A stretch of DNA of 64,000 nucleotides. Source: Halieaceae bacterium (GTDB lineage: Bacteria > Pseudomonadota > Gammaproteobacteria > Pseudomonadales > Halieaceae). The stretch spans positions 2,407,973-2,471,972 of the forward strand of contig OZ242189.1 of NCBI GenBank assembly GCA_965205725.1, in the 5' to 3' direction. This document shows positions 37,244 through 48,375 of the stretch, piece by piece; position 1 is the stretch's first letter, and every line of letters starts with the position of its first letter. The position numbers and the translations under genes were made by a program. The notes beneath the pieces are model-generated. The model did not search any database. It had not been told where the DNA came from and saw nothing but the letters and a program-made list of their open reading frames with translations.

Positions 37244-38242
37244 TTAACCCTCCCATCCAGCAACAGGCACTTTACCAATCATCCCGTTGGGCACATCCGG
37301 CTCATCTATCGGCTTGAAATACTGAATGTTGTCCAGGGCGTAGTCCCACTCTGATTCGTCTTTCCAAACGGCCTGAACTCTCTGCCCCTGATGTACCTCG
37401 TCATTCACGCATTCTGACAGCAGATGAATGAACGAAATATTGGCGCCGTCTACTACGAGATTGGCAATGATATAAGGTGGCTGAATCGGGTTGCCTGGAA
37501 TTGGTATATGCACAATCGTGAATGACTCCACGGTCGCTTTATCGGACACTGGCACTTCTTCATCTGTGGCAACGCCGCAAGCAGCGCAGGCACCGCGGGG
37601 TGGCACGTAAACGCTGTCACAGGCAGGACATCGCTGACCAACCAACCTACCCTGCTTCACCTGACTGAGAAACCGGCTGGTAGCTTCGCCCGCTGTGAAG
37701 TTGTACTTAAGATAAGTCGGTACATCGACACCTGTGATCATTTCCCGCTCTTCAACTGCTGAGGCTTTATTGCTTTCAAGATTGCTGGCAGGCTGCGCCG
37801 GTCTCTCTGGTACAAAGCACGCGATATCGGTGACAAAGCCACGGGGTTCATCAACCCACTGCGCCTGCACACGCATACCGGTACTCATATCAGCTTCTCT
37901 GTCAACAGTGACACTTTGCACCATGGGTATATCCGCACCGTCCAGTTTAATCATAGCCCAGGCAAACGGCGTACTGTGGGGATGGGACTCACGCGGCTCG
38001 CTGACCCAACACCAGCTCACTACCTCACCAGCCTGTCCGACTTCGACAAACTCATTGAGCGCAGCAGCGGTAACCGGGTCGTATTCCATAGGCGGCACAT
38101 ATATTTTGCCGTCACTCCCTTTGTTACCGACTATTTTTCTGTTGCGCAATTCGGTGAAAAAACGCCCCACTACGGAACCTGTTGAGCGGGTATAGGTAAA
38201 ACCCAATTCAAATTCCTGGCTTAGGACTTCAGGCTGCGCCAT
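37244..38242 (-). CDS. Tandem double DUF35 (OB-fold plus zinc-ribbon) protein
   Basis: 332 aa, with the start MAQPEV preceded by AAGGAGG. It has two OB-fold modules. The second carries the C4 ribbon CPACDSVYVPPRGACAAC. Confidence 0.75.
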   Translation of the reverse strand: MAQPEVLSQEFELGFTYTRSTGSVVGRFFTELRNRKIVGNKGSDGKIYVPPMEYDPVTAAALNEFVEVGQAGEVVSWCWVSEPRESHPHSTPFAWAMIKLDGADIPMVQSVTVDREADMSTGMRVQAQWVDEPRGFVTDIACFVPERPAQPASNLESNKASAVEEREMITGVDVPTYLKYNFTAGEATSRFLSQVKQGRLVGQRCPACDSVYVPPRGACAACGVATDEEVPVSDKATVESFTIVHIPIPGNPIQPPYIIANLVVDGANISFIHLLSECVNDEVHQGQRVQAVWKDESEWDYALDNIQYFKPIDEPDVPNGMIGKVPVAGWEG

Positions 38243-38354
38243 GCCATGCCTCCTTGGTTTAGGGACGACTAAAAAAGACAGCAAGTATCTGCCAGCACCA
38301 GGGGCAACTCAATGGGTTTTAGCCCGACAGGGCTTTGTCGGAATAAATTCCGAC

Positions 38355-38759
38355 CTACAATCCTGCCTGCATGTTACTGGCAATAGACCGAGCCACCTGT
38401 TTAGCTCGCTCCGCCCGCTCACCGGCAAAGTGAGCATCTACAGTCTGTATAAACAAGTGTAACCAGCGCTCAAAATCTCGCGGGGTCAGTGTGCGCTTGT
38501 CGTGCAACTGCCGGTGAATATTCATCGTGTGGCGTTTGTAGGTGGCCTCACCCAGCAGCAACTTACACCAGTAGTTTTTGATATGTGGTAAATGAACATC
38601 GAGATCAATCGCGGCCACATCCAGAAAAACCGGAGCCAGTATGTCATCCGCTAATACTTGGGCGTAAAAGGCATCTACAAAAAACTCGACCTGCTCGCGG
38701 CTGTTTAAGTCCGGCTTACCGAACTTGTCACTTATTTTTGCGCTTGTTCTTTTTGACAT
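38355..38759 (-). CDS. Truncated-haemoglobin-like globin (group III type)
   Basis: 134 aa. [19 protein letters not shown]...[15 protein letters not shown]...H..LH matches the 2/2 globin pattern. The 5' end overlaps the der 3' end by 32 nt. Confidence 0.6.
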   Translation of the reverse strand: MSKRTSAKISDKFGKPDLNSREQVEFFVDAFYAQVLADDILAPVFLDVAAIDLDVHLPHIKNYWCKLLLGEATYKRHTMNIHRQLHDKRTLTPRDFERWLHLFIQTVDAHFAGERAERAKQVARSIASNMQAGL

Positions 38760-40137
38760 GCTGCATCATGCGGCGTTTTCGCTGCACCTGGCGCTGGGTG
38801 AGCTTATTGCGTTTGTCCGCATAAGGGTTTTTACCGCTGCGAAATTCTATAACTACGGGCGTACCGGACAACTTTAGTTCTCTGCGAAACACTTTTTCAA
38901 GGTAGCGCTGATAGGCGGCTGGAAGTTTGTCGGTTTGATTGCCGTGAATCACAATCAGAGGCGGATTTTGCCCCCCCGCGTGGGCATAGCGCATTTTGAT
39001 GCGACGGCCATTAATCATTGGCGGCGGGTGAGCATACACCGCGCCTTCAAGAATTTGGGTCAGCGAGTTGGTATTCAGTTTACGTGTCGCCGAGTCGTAA
39101 GCCGCCTGTACAGATTTATAGAGATGACCAACCCCGGTGCCATGCAGCGCAGAAATAAAGTGTATATCTGCGTAATCAATAAACTGCAAGCGCCGCTCCA
39201 GCCCAGCTTTTATTCTCTGTTTTTCGTCAGATGTCAGGCCGTCCCATTTATTCAGGGCGATAACCAGGCCGCGTCCTGCCTCAATGGTTTGCCCCAATAA
39301 ATGCAAATCCTGTTCAACCACGCCTTCGCGAGCATCCATCAACAGAATAACGACATGGGCGTCATCGATTGCCTTGAGGGTTTTTACAATCGAAAATTTC
39401 TCCACCGTCTGCTTTACATTTTTGCGTCGGCGCACACCGGCCGTATCAATCAAGGTGTAGTGCTGATCATCGCGGTCAAACTCAATATATACACTGTCTC
39501 GAGTCGTGCCGGGCTGGTCGTACACCACGACCCGCTCCTCCCCGAGCATCCGGTTCACCAGGGTGGACTTGCCTACGTTGGGACGACCCACAACCGCGAC
39601 CCGCAGGCGCCTTTGCAGATCTTCATCTTCCTCAATATCGGCTGGCAGCGGGAAATCCTGTAAGACATACTCAATCAGATTCCTGATACCGCGACCCTGA
39701 CTTGCGGTCATCGGGTGCAACACTTCTATACCCAGTGCGTAGAAATCCGCCATGGCGACATCTTCATTGCCGCCATCTACTTTATTCACAACCAAATGAT
39801 AATTTTTACTGTTTTGTCGCAGATAGTTGGCGAGTTGCTCATCCGTCGGGGTTACGCCGGCCCGAGCATCCACCATAAAACAAACCACATCTGCCTCGTC
39901 GATAGCCGCCAATGACTGATCCGCCATATGGGTATCAATGCCTTCCTCTTCGCCACTAATGCCCCCGGTATCAATTGCGATGAATGGCCTTTCACCAATA
40001 CGACCCTCGCCGTACTTGCGATCACGCGTCAGCCCGGGAAAGTTGGCTACCAGTGCATCTCGGCTTCGAGTCAACTGATTAAAGAGCGTCGATTTACCCA
40101 CATTGGGTCGCCCTACCAGGGCGATAACGGGAATCAT
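38728..40137 (-). CDS. der: Ribosome-associated GTPase Der (EngA)
   Basis: Two tandem GTPase domains ([12 protein letters not shown] and [12 protein letters not shown]), a KH-like domain and a lysine-rich tail. Confidence 0.96.
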   Translation of the reverse strand: MIPVIALVGRPNVGKSTLFNQLTRSRDALVANFPGLTRDRKYGEGRIGERPFIAIDTGGISGEEEGIDTHMADQSLAAIDEADVVCFMVDARAGVTPTDEQLANYLRQNSKNYHLVVNKVDGGNEDVAMADFYALGIEVLHPMTASQGRGIRNLIEYVLQDFPLPADIEEDEDLQRRLRVAVVGRPNVGKSTLVNRMLGEERVVVYDQPGTTRDSVYIEFDRDDQHYTLIDTAGVRRRKNVKQTVEKFSIVKTLKAIDDAHVVILLMDAREGVVEQDLHLLGQTIEAGRGLVIALNKWDGLTSDEKQRIKAGLERRLQFIDYADIHFISALHGTGVGHLYKSVQAAYDSATRKLNTNSLTQILEGAVYAHPPPMINGRRIKMRYAHAGGQNPPLIVIHGNQTDKLPAAYQRYLEKVFRRELKLSGTPVVIEFRSGKNPYADKRNKLTQRQVQRKRRMMQHVKKNKRKNK

Positions 40138-40149
40138 GCGGTAAGCTAT

Positions 40150-41337
40150 CTAGCGACCCTTAGCCGCAACACGCAAGGCAACCAGCTTGCCGCTGTTGCC
40201 ATACACGTAGAGAACATCATCCACCGACAACATGCTCGCTCGAACACCTTTTCCATCAATCTTTTCCCGCCCAACAAAACGCCCATCCACCTGGGAAAGG
40301 AAATGCAGATAACCTTCGAAGTCACCCACAGCAACAAAGCCCTTCACAGCCTTTGGCGCGCTGAGGCGGCGATTTTCCAGACGGGGTTGTTGCCAGCGAA
40401 CGCCCTGCCCACTGCGGTAAAAGGCGACCACAGAACCACTATCTTCAGAAACATAGATATTGCCAAAGCCCTGGTCTATTCCCACAGAGCTTGATGCATC
40501 CTGCTGCCAGATTTTCCGCCCGCCAGGAATATCGACTGCGATCAAGCGGCCCTGGTAACTCACCGCATAAAGCACCTCATTGGCTATCAACATCTCTCCA
40601 TCGACGTCGATAATCCGGTCAATTTCAGAGCGCCCCTGGGCTATCGCAACACGCGCCTCCCAACGAATCGAGCCGGTCTTCAGATCAAACGCGATAACCT
40701 TGCCGCTGGCAAACCCGGCTATCGCCAAGCGACCAGAAATGATTGGTGTACTGGTGCCGCGTACTGTGAGCACTGGCAAGTCGCTGTCGTACTCCCACAA
40801 TTCGCTACCATCGCTGACATCCAGGCCTCTTAATCTGCCGTCGTAGCTTTGCACAATCACCACGTCGCCATTTGTTTGCGGCGGTGACAAAACCTCTCCG
40901 CTGAGGGAAACCTGCCACAGCGTATCCCCACTGCTGGCATCCAAAAGCATCACTTCGCCGTTACTACTACCCACTGCGACCCGATTGGCACCGTAGCCAA
41001 CACCGCCAGACAAAGGTGTATCAAGTTCAGTTTTCCAGATTCTTTTGCCGTTGTTTCGATCAAGTGCCAGCACGGTACCGTCGCTGCCAGCCGCATAAAT
41101 CCTGTCACCATCAATGACCGGCGTTAAAAAATTATAGATCTTGCCCTGCCCTTTGCCGACACTGGCACTCCAAAGCCTGTCGACATCTACCTCTTCGATA
41201 AATTCCACCAGCGGCGCTGGCTCTTTGGCATCGTCATCGTCAGAATCGAACCAGCCCTTGACCGTACTACAGGCTCCAACTGATACAGACAAAGCCAGTA
41301 CAGCGACTACTCGCCAAAATCGAGTTCCAGGTGCCAT
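40150..41337 (-). CDS. bamB: Outer membrane assembly lipoprotein BamB (YfgL)
   Basis: Lipobox SVGAC followed by PQQ-like beta-propeller repeats. I chose the start at MAPGTRF (41337), which lies 4 nt after the yfgM stop. Confidence 0.9.
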   Translation of the reverse strand: MAPGTRFWRVVAVLALSVSVGACSTVKGWFDSDDDDAKEPAPLVEFIEEVDVDRLWSASVGKGQGKIYNFLTPVIDGDRIYAAGSDGTVLALDRNNGKRIWKTELDTPLSGGVGYGANRVAVGSSNGEVMLLDASSGDTLWQVSLSGEVLSPPQTNGDVVIVQSYDGRLRGLDVSDGSELWEYDSDLPVLTVRGTSTPIISGRLAIAGFASGKVIAFDLKTGSIRWEARVAIAQGRSEIDRIIDVDGEMLIANEVLYAVSYQGRLIAVDIPGGRKIWQQDASSSVGIDQGFGNIYVSEDSGSVVAFYRSGQGVRWQQPRLENRRLSAPKAVKGFVAVGDFEGYLHFLSQVDGRFVGREKIDGKGVRASMLSVDDVLYVYGNSGKLVALRVAAKGR

Positions 41338-41341
41338 TGTT

Positions 41342-42040
41342 CTATCCCTCTTGCGCAATAGTCGAAGTGGCACGCGCTGGCTCCAATTGCAAAGATTGGA
41401 GTTTTAAATCCAGCGTTGATGAATTGGTTCTACCCTTTAACTCGTTGTTTGAAGACGCCTGGCGGTATGCCGACAGAGCTTGTTCGGGCTGCTCCAGTTG
41501 AAGAAAAATATCCCCTTTAACCTCGCTGTACATCGCGTCATAGGCATCGCCTTGCAGGGACAACATTTCAAGCGCCTCCTGCAATCGTCCCTGCGCTGCG
41601 GTCACTCGTGCCAGGCGTAGTTGTGCTATTCGCAAAATATCCTGCTCCGGGTTTTGGGTCAGTACCCAGCGCAGTTCTGTATCTGCCTGCTCCAACTCAT
41701 CTTGCTCAACAGACATTTTGGCCAACTGCATGGCAGCAAACAGTGCGTAACTTGATCCGCTGTGGTCATCCTTCAGAGCCGCCGCCAAATGACGCGCAGT
41801 TGCTTTATTCTCTTCGCTGACTTTTTCCCCACCAGTGGCAACACTGACCGCTGTCAGCATATCCTGATACACCGCAGATGCACTCTCAGACTGCTCGGTT
41901 TGATGTTTCTGCCACCCCTGCCAGCCATAACCCGCGGCGAGCGCAAAGACAATGGCTGCGATTGTCGATTTGCTATTCTCCCGCCACCACTTGCGCAGGG
42001 CTTCGACTTGCTCTTCTTCTGTTGTATACGGCTCCACCAT
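41342..42040 (-). CDS. yfgM: YfgM family TPR membrane protein (ancillary SecYEG subunit)
   Basis: N-terminal EEEQVEALRKWWRENSK, one TM segment and a TPR-like C-domain. It has the conserved position between hisS and bamB. Confidence 0.75.
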   Translation of the reverse strand: MVEPYTTEEEQVEALRKWWRENSKSTIAAIVFALAAGYGWQGWQKHQTEQSESASAVYQDMLTAVSVATGGEKVSEENKATARHLAAALKDDHSGSSYALFAAMQLAKMSVEQDELEQADTELRWVLTQNPEQDILRIAQLRLARVTAAQGRLQEALEMLSLQGDAYDAMYSEVKGDIFLQLEQPEQALSAYRQASSNNELKGRTNSSTLDLKLQSLQLEPARATSTIAQEG

Positions 42041-42060
42041 TTTCCCTCTTGATATACCTC

Positions 42061-43341
42061 TTACAGCAATATGCTATTTATTCGCGCTACCAACTCTGGC
42101 TGCGGTACGCTGATTTGAGTATCGGCCTGCTCCTGTGAGCGCAGAGGTTTTACCGCGGCGGTATTATCGAGAACTTCCCGCTCGCCCAAAATAACGGCCA
42201 ACTGCGCCCCGCTCTTATCGGCCTTCTTCATTTGACTCTTAAAACTACCGCCACCGCAATGTACCTGAACAACCCGCTGCCCACACTCGCTGCGTAACAA
42301 TTCGGCCAGCACAAATGCCCTCTCTTGGGCAGCATCACCAACAGCGACGAAGTAAACATCGTTTTTAACGGGCTTGATCACCGGTGATTCCAAACCCTCA
42401 AGCAGCAATACCAAACGCTCCAAACCCATTGCAAAACCAGTGGCGGGTGTTGGCTTGCCAGCTAATTGTTCGACCAGGGAATCATAGCGACCGCCCCCGC
42501 ACACTGTGCCTTGAGCACCCAGCGCTTCAGTAACCCACTCGAACACAGTGCGATTGTAGTAATCGAGCCCTCTCACCAGCCTCGGATTCACTGTGTATTC
42601 AATATCATTAGCGTCCAGCAAAGATTTGAGCCGTGAGAAATGCGCGACAGAATCCTCGTCGAGGAATCCTTCGAGACTGGGAGCCTCATTCAGCAACAAC
42701 TGTGTCTGGGGATTCTTGCTATCCAAAATACGCAATGGATTGGTTTCCAAACGTCGCTGGCTATCTTCATCCAACTGGTCGCGGCGAGCCGATAAATACT
42801 TAACCAGCGCAGCGCGGTAACGATTGCGCGAATCGGCATCACCAATACTACTGAGCTGCAAATGCACTAAATGGTCCAGTCCCAGGCTGCGCCAGACCCT
42901 TGCACTTAGCAAAATCAGTTCGGCGTCAACGTCGGGGCTGGCGGCACCGAATACCTCAACGCCTATTTGATGAAACTGGCGTTGGCGACCCTTCTGCGGC
43001 CGCTCATAGCGAAACATCGGGCCGATATACCAAAGTTTCTGTAGCGTGATTGCCAGGTTGTGCTGACATACCGCACGCACACAACCCGCAGTTCCCTCGG
43101 GGCGCAGGGTCAGGCTCTCATCGTTACGGTCTGGAAACGTGTACATTTCCTTCTCAACTACATCTGTTACTTCACCAATACCACGCACAAACAAATTTGT
43201 TTGTTCAACGACCGGCATACGAATTTCTCGATAGCCATAGGCCGCTAAAACCTGGGCAACTTGCTGCTCGAGAAACTGCCAGGTGGGTGTTTCATCGGGG
43301 AGAATGTCATTCATCCCCCGGATGGCGCGGATTTGCTTCAC
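42061..43341 (-). CDS. hisS: Histidine--tRNA ligase
   Basis: 426 aa with the class II motifs ([31 protein letters not shown]) and an anticodon-binding domain. Confidence 0.96.
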   Translation of the reverse strand: MKQIRAIRGMNDILPDETPTWQFLEQQVAQVLAAYGYREIRMPVVEQTNLFVRGIGEVTDVVEKEMYTFPDRNDESLTLRPEGTAGCVRAVCQHNLAITLQKLWYIGPMFRYERPQKGRQRQFHQIGVEVFGAASPDVDAELILLSARVWRSLGLDHLVHLQLSSIGDADSRNRYRAALVKYLSARRDQLDEDSQRRLETNPLRILDSKNPQTQLLLNEAPSLEGFLDEDSVAHFSRLKSLLDANDIEYTVNPRLVRGLDYYNRTVFEWVTEALGAQGTVCGGGRYDSLVEQLAGKPTPATGFAMGLERLVLLLEGLESPVIKPVKNDVYFVAVGDAAQERAFVLAELLRSECGQRVVQVHCGGGSFKSQMKKADKSGAQLAVILGEREVLDNTAAVKPLRSQEQADTQISVPQPELVARINSILL

Positions 43342-43359
43342 GATATTCCTATTCAGCCC

Positions 43360-44487
43360 TTACTGAGTCTTTGCTATGAGTTTTTCTTCTGCAACTTGTC
43401 GTTGCAACTCGAGCTGCTGCGCTTTGTTGCGAATGACCTGTTCCAGATGATCAACAAAATCGGCGTTGTCGACTTTGTGGTCAGCGGCACCATCTACATA
43501 AATGAGATTGCTTGGTGTCGCACCGGTTAAACCGACATCAGCTTCTTTCGCCTCCCCCGGTCCATTAACGATACAGCCAATAACAGCAACATCCATCGGT
43601 GTGCGAATATCTTCCAATCGCAATTCCAGATCGTTCATGGTTTTCACTACGTCAAAGTTTTGCCTGGAGCAACTGGGGCAGGCAATGAAATTAATACCAT
43701 TTGAGCGCAGCTTGAGACTTTTGAGAATATCGAAACCGACCTTCACTTCTTCCACCGGGTCGGCGGCCAGAGAAATTCGTATGGTGTCGCCTATACCATC
43801 CATCAATAACATCCCCAGACCTACCGAAGATTTGACGGTGCCGCCACGCAGACCTCCGGCCTCGGTAATGCCCAGGTGCAACGGTTGCTCTATTTGCGTG
43901 GCAATCAATCGGTAGGCTGCAACCGCCATAAACACGTCGGAGGCTTTAACACTCAACTTAAAATCCTGATAGTCGAGCTTGTCCAGAATATCGACATGGC
44001 GCATAGCCGATTCAACCAGGGCATCGGCGTTGGGCTCACCATACTTTCGCTGCAGATCCTTACCCAATGAACCCGCGTTAACGCCGATACGAATAGGGAT
44101 GCCTTTGTCGCGACAACTATCAACAACGGCGCGCACCCGATCATCCCGCCCTATATTCCCGGGATTAATGCGCAGGCAATCGACACCATATTCCGCAACT
44201 TTTAGAGCTATCTTGTAGTCGAAGTGAATATCCGCAACCAGGGGTGCGTCAACCTGAGAACGAATCTCCCGGAAAGCACTCGCGGCGTCCATGCTCGGCA
44301 CAGACACGCGCACTATATCTGCGCCTGCGCCAACGATGGCATTAATCTGCGCAACGGTCGCGCTTACATCACAAGTTTCGGTATTGGTCATGCTCTGCAC
44401 ACTGATGGGGGCATCGCCACCAACCGGCACATTGCCCACCATAATTTGGCGCGAGCGACGACGCTTAATCGGGGACGCTGTGTTCAC
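43360..44487 (-). CDS. ispG: HMBPP synthase IspG (GcpE)
   Basis: 375 aa with a TIM-barrel N-domain and the cluster ligands CPSCSR and GCIVNGPGE. Confidence 0.96.
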   Translation of the reverse strand: MNTASPIKRRRSRQIMVGNVPVGGDAPISVQSMTNTETCDVSATVAQINAIVGAGADIVRVSVPSMDAASAFREIRSQVDAPLVADIHFDYKIALKVAEYGVDCLRINPGNIGRDDRVRAVVDSCRDKGIPIRIGVNAGSLGKDLQRKYGEPNADALVESAMRHVDILDKLDYQDFKLSVKASDVFMAVAAYRLIATQIEQPLHLGITEAGGLRGGTVKSSVGLGMLLMDGIGDTIRISLAADPVEEVKVGFDILKSLKLRSNGINFIACPSCSRQNFDVVKTMNDLELRLEDIRTPMDVAVIGCIVNGPGEAKEADVGLTGATPSNLIYVDGAADHKVDNADFVDHLEQVIRNKAQQLELQRQVAEEKLIAKTQ

Positions 44488-45464
44488 ACATCACCTACCG
44501 TAACGCGCGCGACAACGCGACCGGGGCGAGGCTTAATCTCAAAGTCTTCACCCTTGTAGCGAAGTTCTACAGAACGAGAGTCACCAACCAGAACATTCAG
44601 CGGTGCCTCCCCGCGCAATTCCAGAGTATCGCCAGCCTGACGCAGATCGGCGTATATCAATTTGTCCTGTGCATCCCGTACTTCCAGCCAACATTCGCCG
44701 CTAAAAGAGAATTCCAGTAAATCACCTTGAGCAGCACCAGCCTGTAAAACGCGAGAAGGCTGCGAAACGAAGGGCTCCGCCCCATCCTCGTCTTGAACAG
44801 CGAGTGTTTCATCTACCCATTCACTGCTCGAGGCTTCGCTGATAAGGGGCCGTTCATTCGACAAAGATTCTTGCCCTGCAAGCACCTCGACGGTCGTATC
44901 CCCCTGAGCCTCAACACTCGCGGACTTTTCCGCCGTCTGCGCCGACGTATCCGCCGCTGCAACCTGCTCAGTTTGGTCGGGCTCGATGGCTGCACTCTGA
45001 GCCGCTAATTCTGCTGCCCCCTCAATGGCCGGTTGCTCTGCCAAAGCGGGCTTGGTGTCACTGCGCATCAGCCACAGTGCCAGCAACAAGAATAAAACTA
45101 TGACTATCCCAACTGGCAAGGCCAGGCTCTTTTTTTGCGCCTGGGGAACTCTCGATTCAACGCGCTGTGGTACTGCTACAGGTTCGCCTCTATTGCTTTG
45201 CAGGCGCTCGTAGGCCTGCATTAGCTCTGCCCCGTCAATACCAACCTGTTTCGCATAGGCCCGCAGATAACCTCGAACAAACACAGTCCCACGCAAGCCA
45301 TCAAATCGGTTTTCTTCAAGCGCATCGACATAGTAAGGTAACCAGTTTAATCTATCGGCCATTTCCCGCTGGGAGATATCCATGCGCTCCCGGGCCTGGC
45401 GCAGCATGGCTCCCGGATCACTTCCTGGCGCTTCAACATTGTTGTTGGTCTCAGAGCTCTCCAC
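44484..45464 (-). CDS. rodZ: Cytoskeleton protein RodZ
   Basis: An XRE-type HTH N-terminus ([19 protein letters not shown]) is followed by [11 protein letters not shown], one TM segment, a low-complexity linker and a C-terminal DUF4115-like domain. Confidence 0.8.
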   Translation of the reverse strand: MESSETNNNVEAPGSDPGAMLRQARERMDISQREMADRLNWLPYYVDALEENRFDGLRGTVFVRGYLRAYAKQVGIDGAELMQAYERLQSNRGEPVAVPQRVESRVPQAQKKSLALPVGIVIVLFLLLALWLMRSDTKPALAEQPAIEGAAELAAQSAAIEPDQTEQVAAADTSAQTAEKSASVEAQGDTTVEVLAGQESLSNERPLISEASSSEWVDETLAVQDEDGAEPFVSQPSRVLQAGAAQGDLLEFSFSGECWLEVRDAQDKLIYADLRQAGDTLELRGEAPLNVLVGDSRSVELRYKGEDFEIKPRPGRVVARVTVGDV

Positions 45465-46248
45465 GATCCATGGCTTCCAGATAGAGTTTATATTGTGGAG
45501 AATCAGGAAACAGGTTTCTTAACGCCAGGTCGTAACTTGCCTGGGCATCCCTATCCCCTTGCGCAGCGGCCAGTTGCAAGCCCAACCAAAGTCCCCGGGC
45601 AGACTGGCGAGAAACCAGGGTTCGATAAATACCATAGTGGCGCTGTGCTGCCGACCAGTTGGATCGAGCGTACTCAATCTGAGACAGCTCAAGCAGCGCT
45701 ATTCTATTGGTGCGGTCCATCGCCAGCGTGCGAGTAAAAGCGGCCGCTGCGCCCTCCTGATCCTCTAATCGCAGGCGACACAAACCCAGGTTCAAATAGG
45801 CGCGAGCCCTCGACTCATAAAAAGGGTCTTTTACAACAATCTCAAGCTGTTTTTTAGCTTCAACATAGCGCTGCCGCTGGTAGAGAAACGCTGCGTAGTT
45901 ATTGCGTGCGCGGGAAAAATCTCTATTCAGTGACAGCGCCCGCTTAAAGCTCTTTTCTGACAATTCAAATTCGCCGGTACTTTGATACACCAAAGCAAAG
46001 GCTTCGTGTACTTCTGGCGCATCCGAGTCTATTTCAGCAGCGATTGCCAGGTTGCGCTTGGCAGCCTCCCGGTTCTGCGCACCGATATAGCTACGCGCCA
46101 ACTGCAAACGCTGTTGCAGGGCTTGCTCTGGAGAGGCCTCAGCGGTGAATACCCGACCTTCTGTAGTCACGCATGCCACCAGCCCGACTATAACGAGCCC
46201 AGGGAATAACAACCGCCTTATTATCTGAGACCTTTGCACGAAAGCCAT
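45451..46248 (-). CDS. pilW: Type IV pilus biogenesis/stability TPR lipoprotein PilW (PilF)
   Basis: TPR protein with lipobox LVAC. I chose ATG 46248 (MAFVQRSQIIRRLLFPGLVIVGLVAC), which gives 265 aa. The track start at 46386 reads through the MITE. The first 22 nt of the chosen CDS lie inside MITE copy 3. Confidence 0.75.
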   Translation of the reverse strand: MAFVQRSQIIRRLLFPGLVIVGLVACVTTEGRVFTAEASPEQALQQRLQLARSYIGAQNREAAKRNLAIAAEIDSDAPEVHEAFALVYQSTGEFELSEKSFKRALSLNRDFSRARNNYAAFLYQRQRYVEAKKQLEIVVKDPFYESRARAYLNLGLCRLRLEDQEGAAAAFTRTLAMDRTNRIALLELSQIEYARSNWSAAQRHYGIYRTLVSRQSARGLWLGLQLAAAQGDRDAQASYDLALRNLFPDSPQYKLYLEAMDRGEL

Positions 46249-46365
46249 TTCACCTGCATGCTGCGTTAAAATCGTACTCAATCGGTCATTTATACCCATA
46301 AACTCCCTCATTCCGTGCGTTTTTGCCTTGCCTGAAAGTGAAATCATCTTCCGTGCAAAGGTCTC
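46227..46365 (-). mobile_element. 139-bp MITE, copy 3 (inverted)
   Basis: Reverse complement of copies 1 and 2 with two substitutions. It is flanked by the 5-bp direct duplication TATCT and lies between rlmN and pilW. Confidence 0.85.
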
Positions 46366-46382
46366 TATCTGCAAATGCACAT

Positions 46383-47504
46383 TCATACCACTGTCACCAC
46401 TTGAGCCGCAGCTTGCTCCCGGTATCTCTTGTTGCGGCGAGTGCTATCGACAACCTGCCCGACCAACTGGCCACACGCCGCATTGATATCATCACCGCGG
46501 GTGGTTCGCACTGTGACGATATGGCCCGCGTCGACCAATACCTGCCAGAAGCGTGAAACAGCATTGCCACTGGGCCGACTGTAATCAGATTGAGGGAATG
46601 GATTAAAGGGTATCAGATTTATCTTACAGGGGAAGGACTTCAGCAACTGCGCCAATTCTCGAGCTTGCTTCAGCGAATCATTGACGCCGGCAATTAAGGT
46701 GTACTCGACTGTAACAACGCGACTCTTGTCTGTTTGCGCATTGATGTAATTGCTCGCGCTGCGCAACAGCATATCAATTGGGTACTTGCGATTGATCGGG
46801 ACCAGTTCATTTCTAAGCTCGTCGTTGGACGCATGCAGTGAAATTGCCAGTGACACCTCACTACAGGTTGCCAATTTATCCAAAGCAGGCACAACGCCAG
46901 AAGTACTCAGAGTCACTCTGCGCTTGGAAATTCCGTAACCCAGGTCTTCCATCATCAAGTTCATGGCATCGACAACATTGTCGAAGTTCAGCAGTGGCTC
47001 CCCCATTCCCATCATCACCACGTTAGTGACCTTGCGCCCGTTACCTGCCTGAAACGCATCGTAAGACTTCAGCGCCAACCAGACCTGGCCAATAATTTCG
47101 GCGGCACTCAGGTCTCGCTGAAAGCCCTGTTTACCGGTTGAGCAGAAGCTACAGTCGAGGCTGCAACCTACTTGAGAGGACACACACAAGGTGCCACGCT
47201 GACCTTCGGGAATGAGTACCGTCTCGACTAGACCACCGCCCTCAACACGAACAGCCCATTTGCGAGTGCCGTCTTCTGAGTCGAGCTGATTAACAATTTC
47301 AGGGGGTCTCACCTCCGCTATTTCGGCAAGCCGCTCACGCAGGGTTTTACCGAGGTTCGTCATTTGTTCAAAGTCAGTGATACCGGCGTGATGTATCCAC
47401 TTCAACACCTGCTGCGCGCGAAACGGTTTCTCGCCGAGGTCGGTGAAAAAAGCCTGCATCTTCTCCAGCGGCAGACCCAGCAAATTGACGCGCGTTTCAG
47501 CCAT
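46383..47504 (-). CDS. rlmN: 23S rRNA/tRNA A2503/A37 C2-methyltransferase RlmN (radical SAM)
   Basis: 373 aa with the radical-SAM [11 protein letters not shown] and the C-terminal catalytic Cys context AACGQL. Confidence 0.95.
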   Translation of the reverse strand: MAETRVNLLGLPLEKMQAFFTDLGEKPFRAQQVLKWIHHAGITDFEQMTNLGKTLRERLAEIAEVRPPEIVNQLDSEDGTRKWAVRVEGGGLVETVLIPEGQRGTLCVSSQVGCSLDCSFCSTGKQGFQRDLSAAEIIGQVWLALKSYDAFQAGNGRKVTNVVMMGMGEPLLNFDNVVDAMNLMMEDLGYGISKRRVTLSTSGVVPALDKLATCSEVSLAISLHASNDELRNELVPINRKYPIDMLLRSASNYINAQTDKSRVVTVEYTLIAGVNDSLKQARELAQLLKSFPCKINLIPFNPFPQSDYSRPSGNAVSRFWQVLVDAGHIVTVRTTRGDDINAACGQLVGQVVDSTRRNKRYREQAAAQVVTVV

Positions 47505-47518
47505 CGGGACTCTGGTCT

Positions 47519-47947
47519 CTACCTGCGCTCACAAATTTCTTCCGCCGGGAAGAAATAGGCGATTTCGCGGGCCGCAGACTCCCGAGAGTCAGAGCCGTGC
47601 ACAGCGTTGGCATCAATCGTTGAGGCGAAATCAGCGCGAATAGTACCGGCCTCGGCCTGCGCAGGGTCAGTCGCGCCCATCAGCTCGCGATTCTTGGCGA
47701 TGGCATTTTCGCCTTCTAGAACTTGCACACAGACCGGGCCGGAGGTCATGAACTCAATCAAAGCCGGAAAGAAGGGACGCTCTTTATGTTCTGCATAGAA
47801 ACCACCTGCAACCTCGTCACTCAGGCGCACCATTTTTGCGGCGAGCAAGCGCAGTCCATTTTTTTCAAATCTGCTGTAAATTTCTCCAACCACATTTTTG
47901 GCTACAGCATCGGGTTTAACAATAGACAGGGTGCGTTCAGCAGCCAT
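47519..47947 (-). CDS. ndk: Nucleoside diphosphate kinase
   Basis: 142 aa with [10 protein letters not shown] and the active-site NAVHGSD. Confidence 0.97.
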   Translation of the reverse strand: MAAERTLSIVKPDAVAKNVVGEIYSRFEKNGLRLLAAKMVRLSDEVAGGFYAEHKERPFFPALIEFMTSGPVCVQVLEGENAIAKNRELMGATDPAQAEAGTIRADFASTIDANAVHGSDSRESAAREIAYFFPAEEICERR

Positions 47948-48164
47948 TTACGATATCTCCGTGATATATAAAACAAGGCGCGACAACCACCCACAGGGCA
48001 GTCGCAGAGGCCGACTTCAAAAATCGCGTAATTATACGGAGATTGGGGCCAGGTTTCACTCTAAATCCATGTTTTGAGGGTGAGCGTTTGGCAGAAAAAT
48101 CAGTGGTTTAGCTTGCCCTGGAGACCTCCCCGTAGCACCTGAATAAGCAGCGGGCAGGATGCAC

Positions 48165-48365
48165 TCAGTCCGCTTCCTCTATCCAGGCGGCCTGTATAGC
48201 TTCCAGTACCTTCTCACCACATCGGTCGGGGTCATCACTGAATCCCTCCAGATCGAGCACCATTTGCCGAAGTGCTACGAAATTAAGCGTCAGCGGGTCT
48301 GTTTCCGGGTGGGCCTCGGCCAATTCAAGCGCAATATCGAGTACATCTGTCCAGCGCAATTCCAT
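48165..48365 (-). CDS. iscX: Fe-S assembly protein IscX (YfhJ)
   Basis: 66 aa, MELRWTDVLDIALELAEAHP..., acidic, and last gene of the isc operon. The track ORF is extended upstream to 48443. Confidence 0.85.
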   Translation of the reverse strand: MELRWTDVLDIALELAEAHPETDPLTLNFVALRQMVLDLEGFSDDPDRCGEKVLEAIQAAWIEEAD

Positions 48366-48375
48366 AACCAACCCC

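Noticed and set aside
38320-38362. Two small hairpins (agccc-gaca-gggct and gtcggaat-aa-attccgac) after the globin gene, as a rho-independent terminator or REP element.
   Set aside because: The stems are short and no T-run follows on the relevant strand. They could be REP-like, but only one instance occurs in the window.
38728-38759. The 32-nt overlap between the der 3' end and the globin-like gene start, as evidence of a mis-called gene.
   Set aside because: The only in-frame start for the globin ORF is ATG 38759, and the der C-terminal lysine-rich tail is typical. A same-strand overlap is plausible, so both calls are kept with reduced confidence for the globin.
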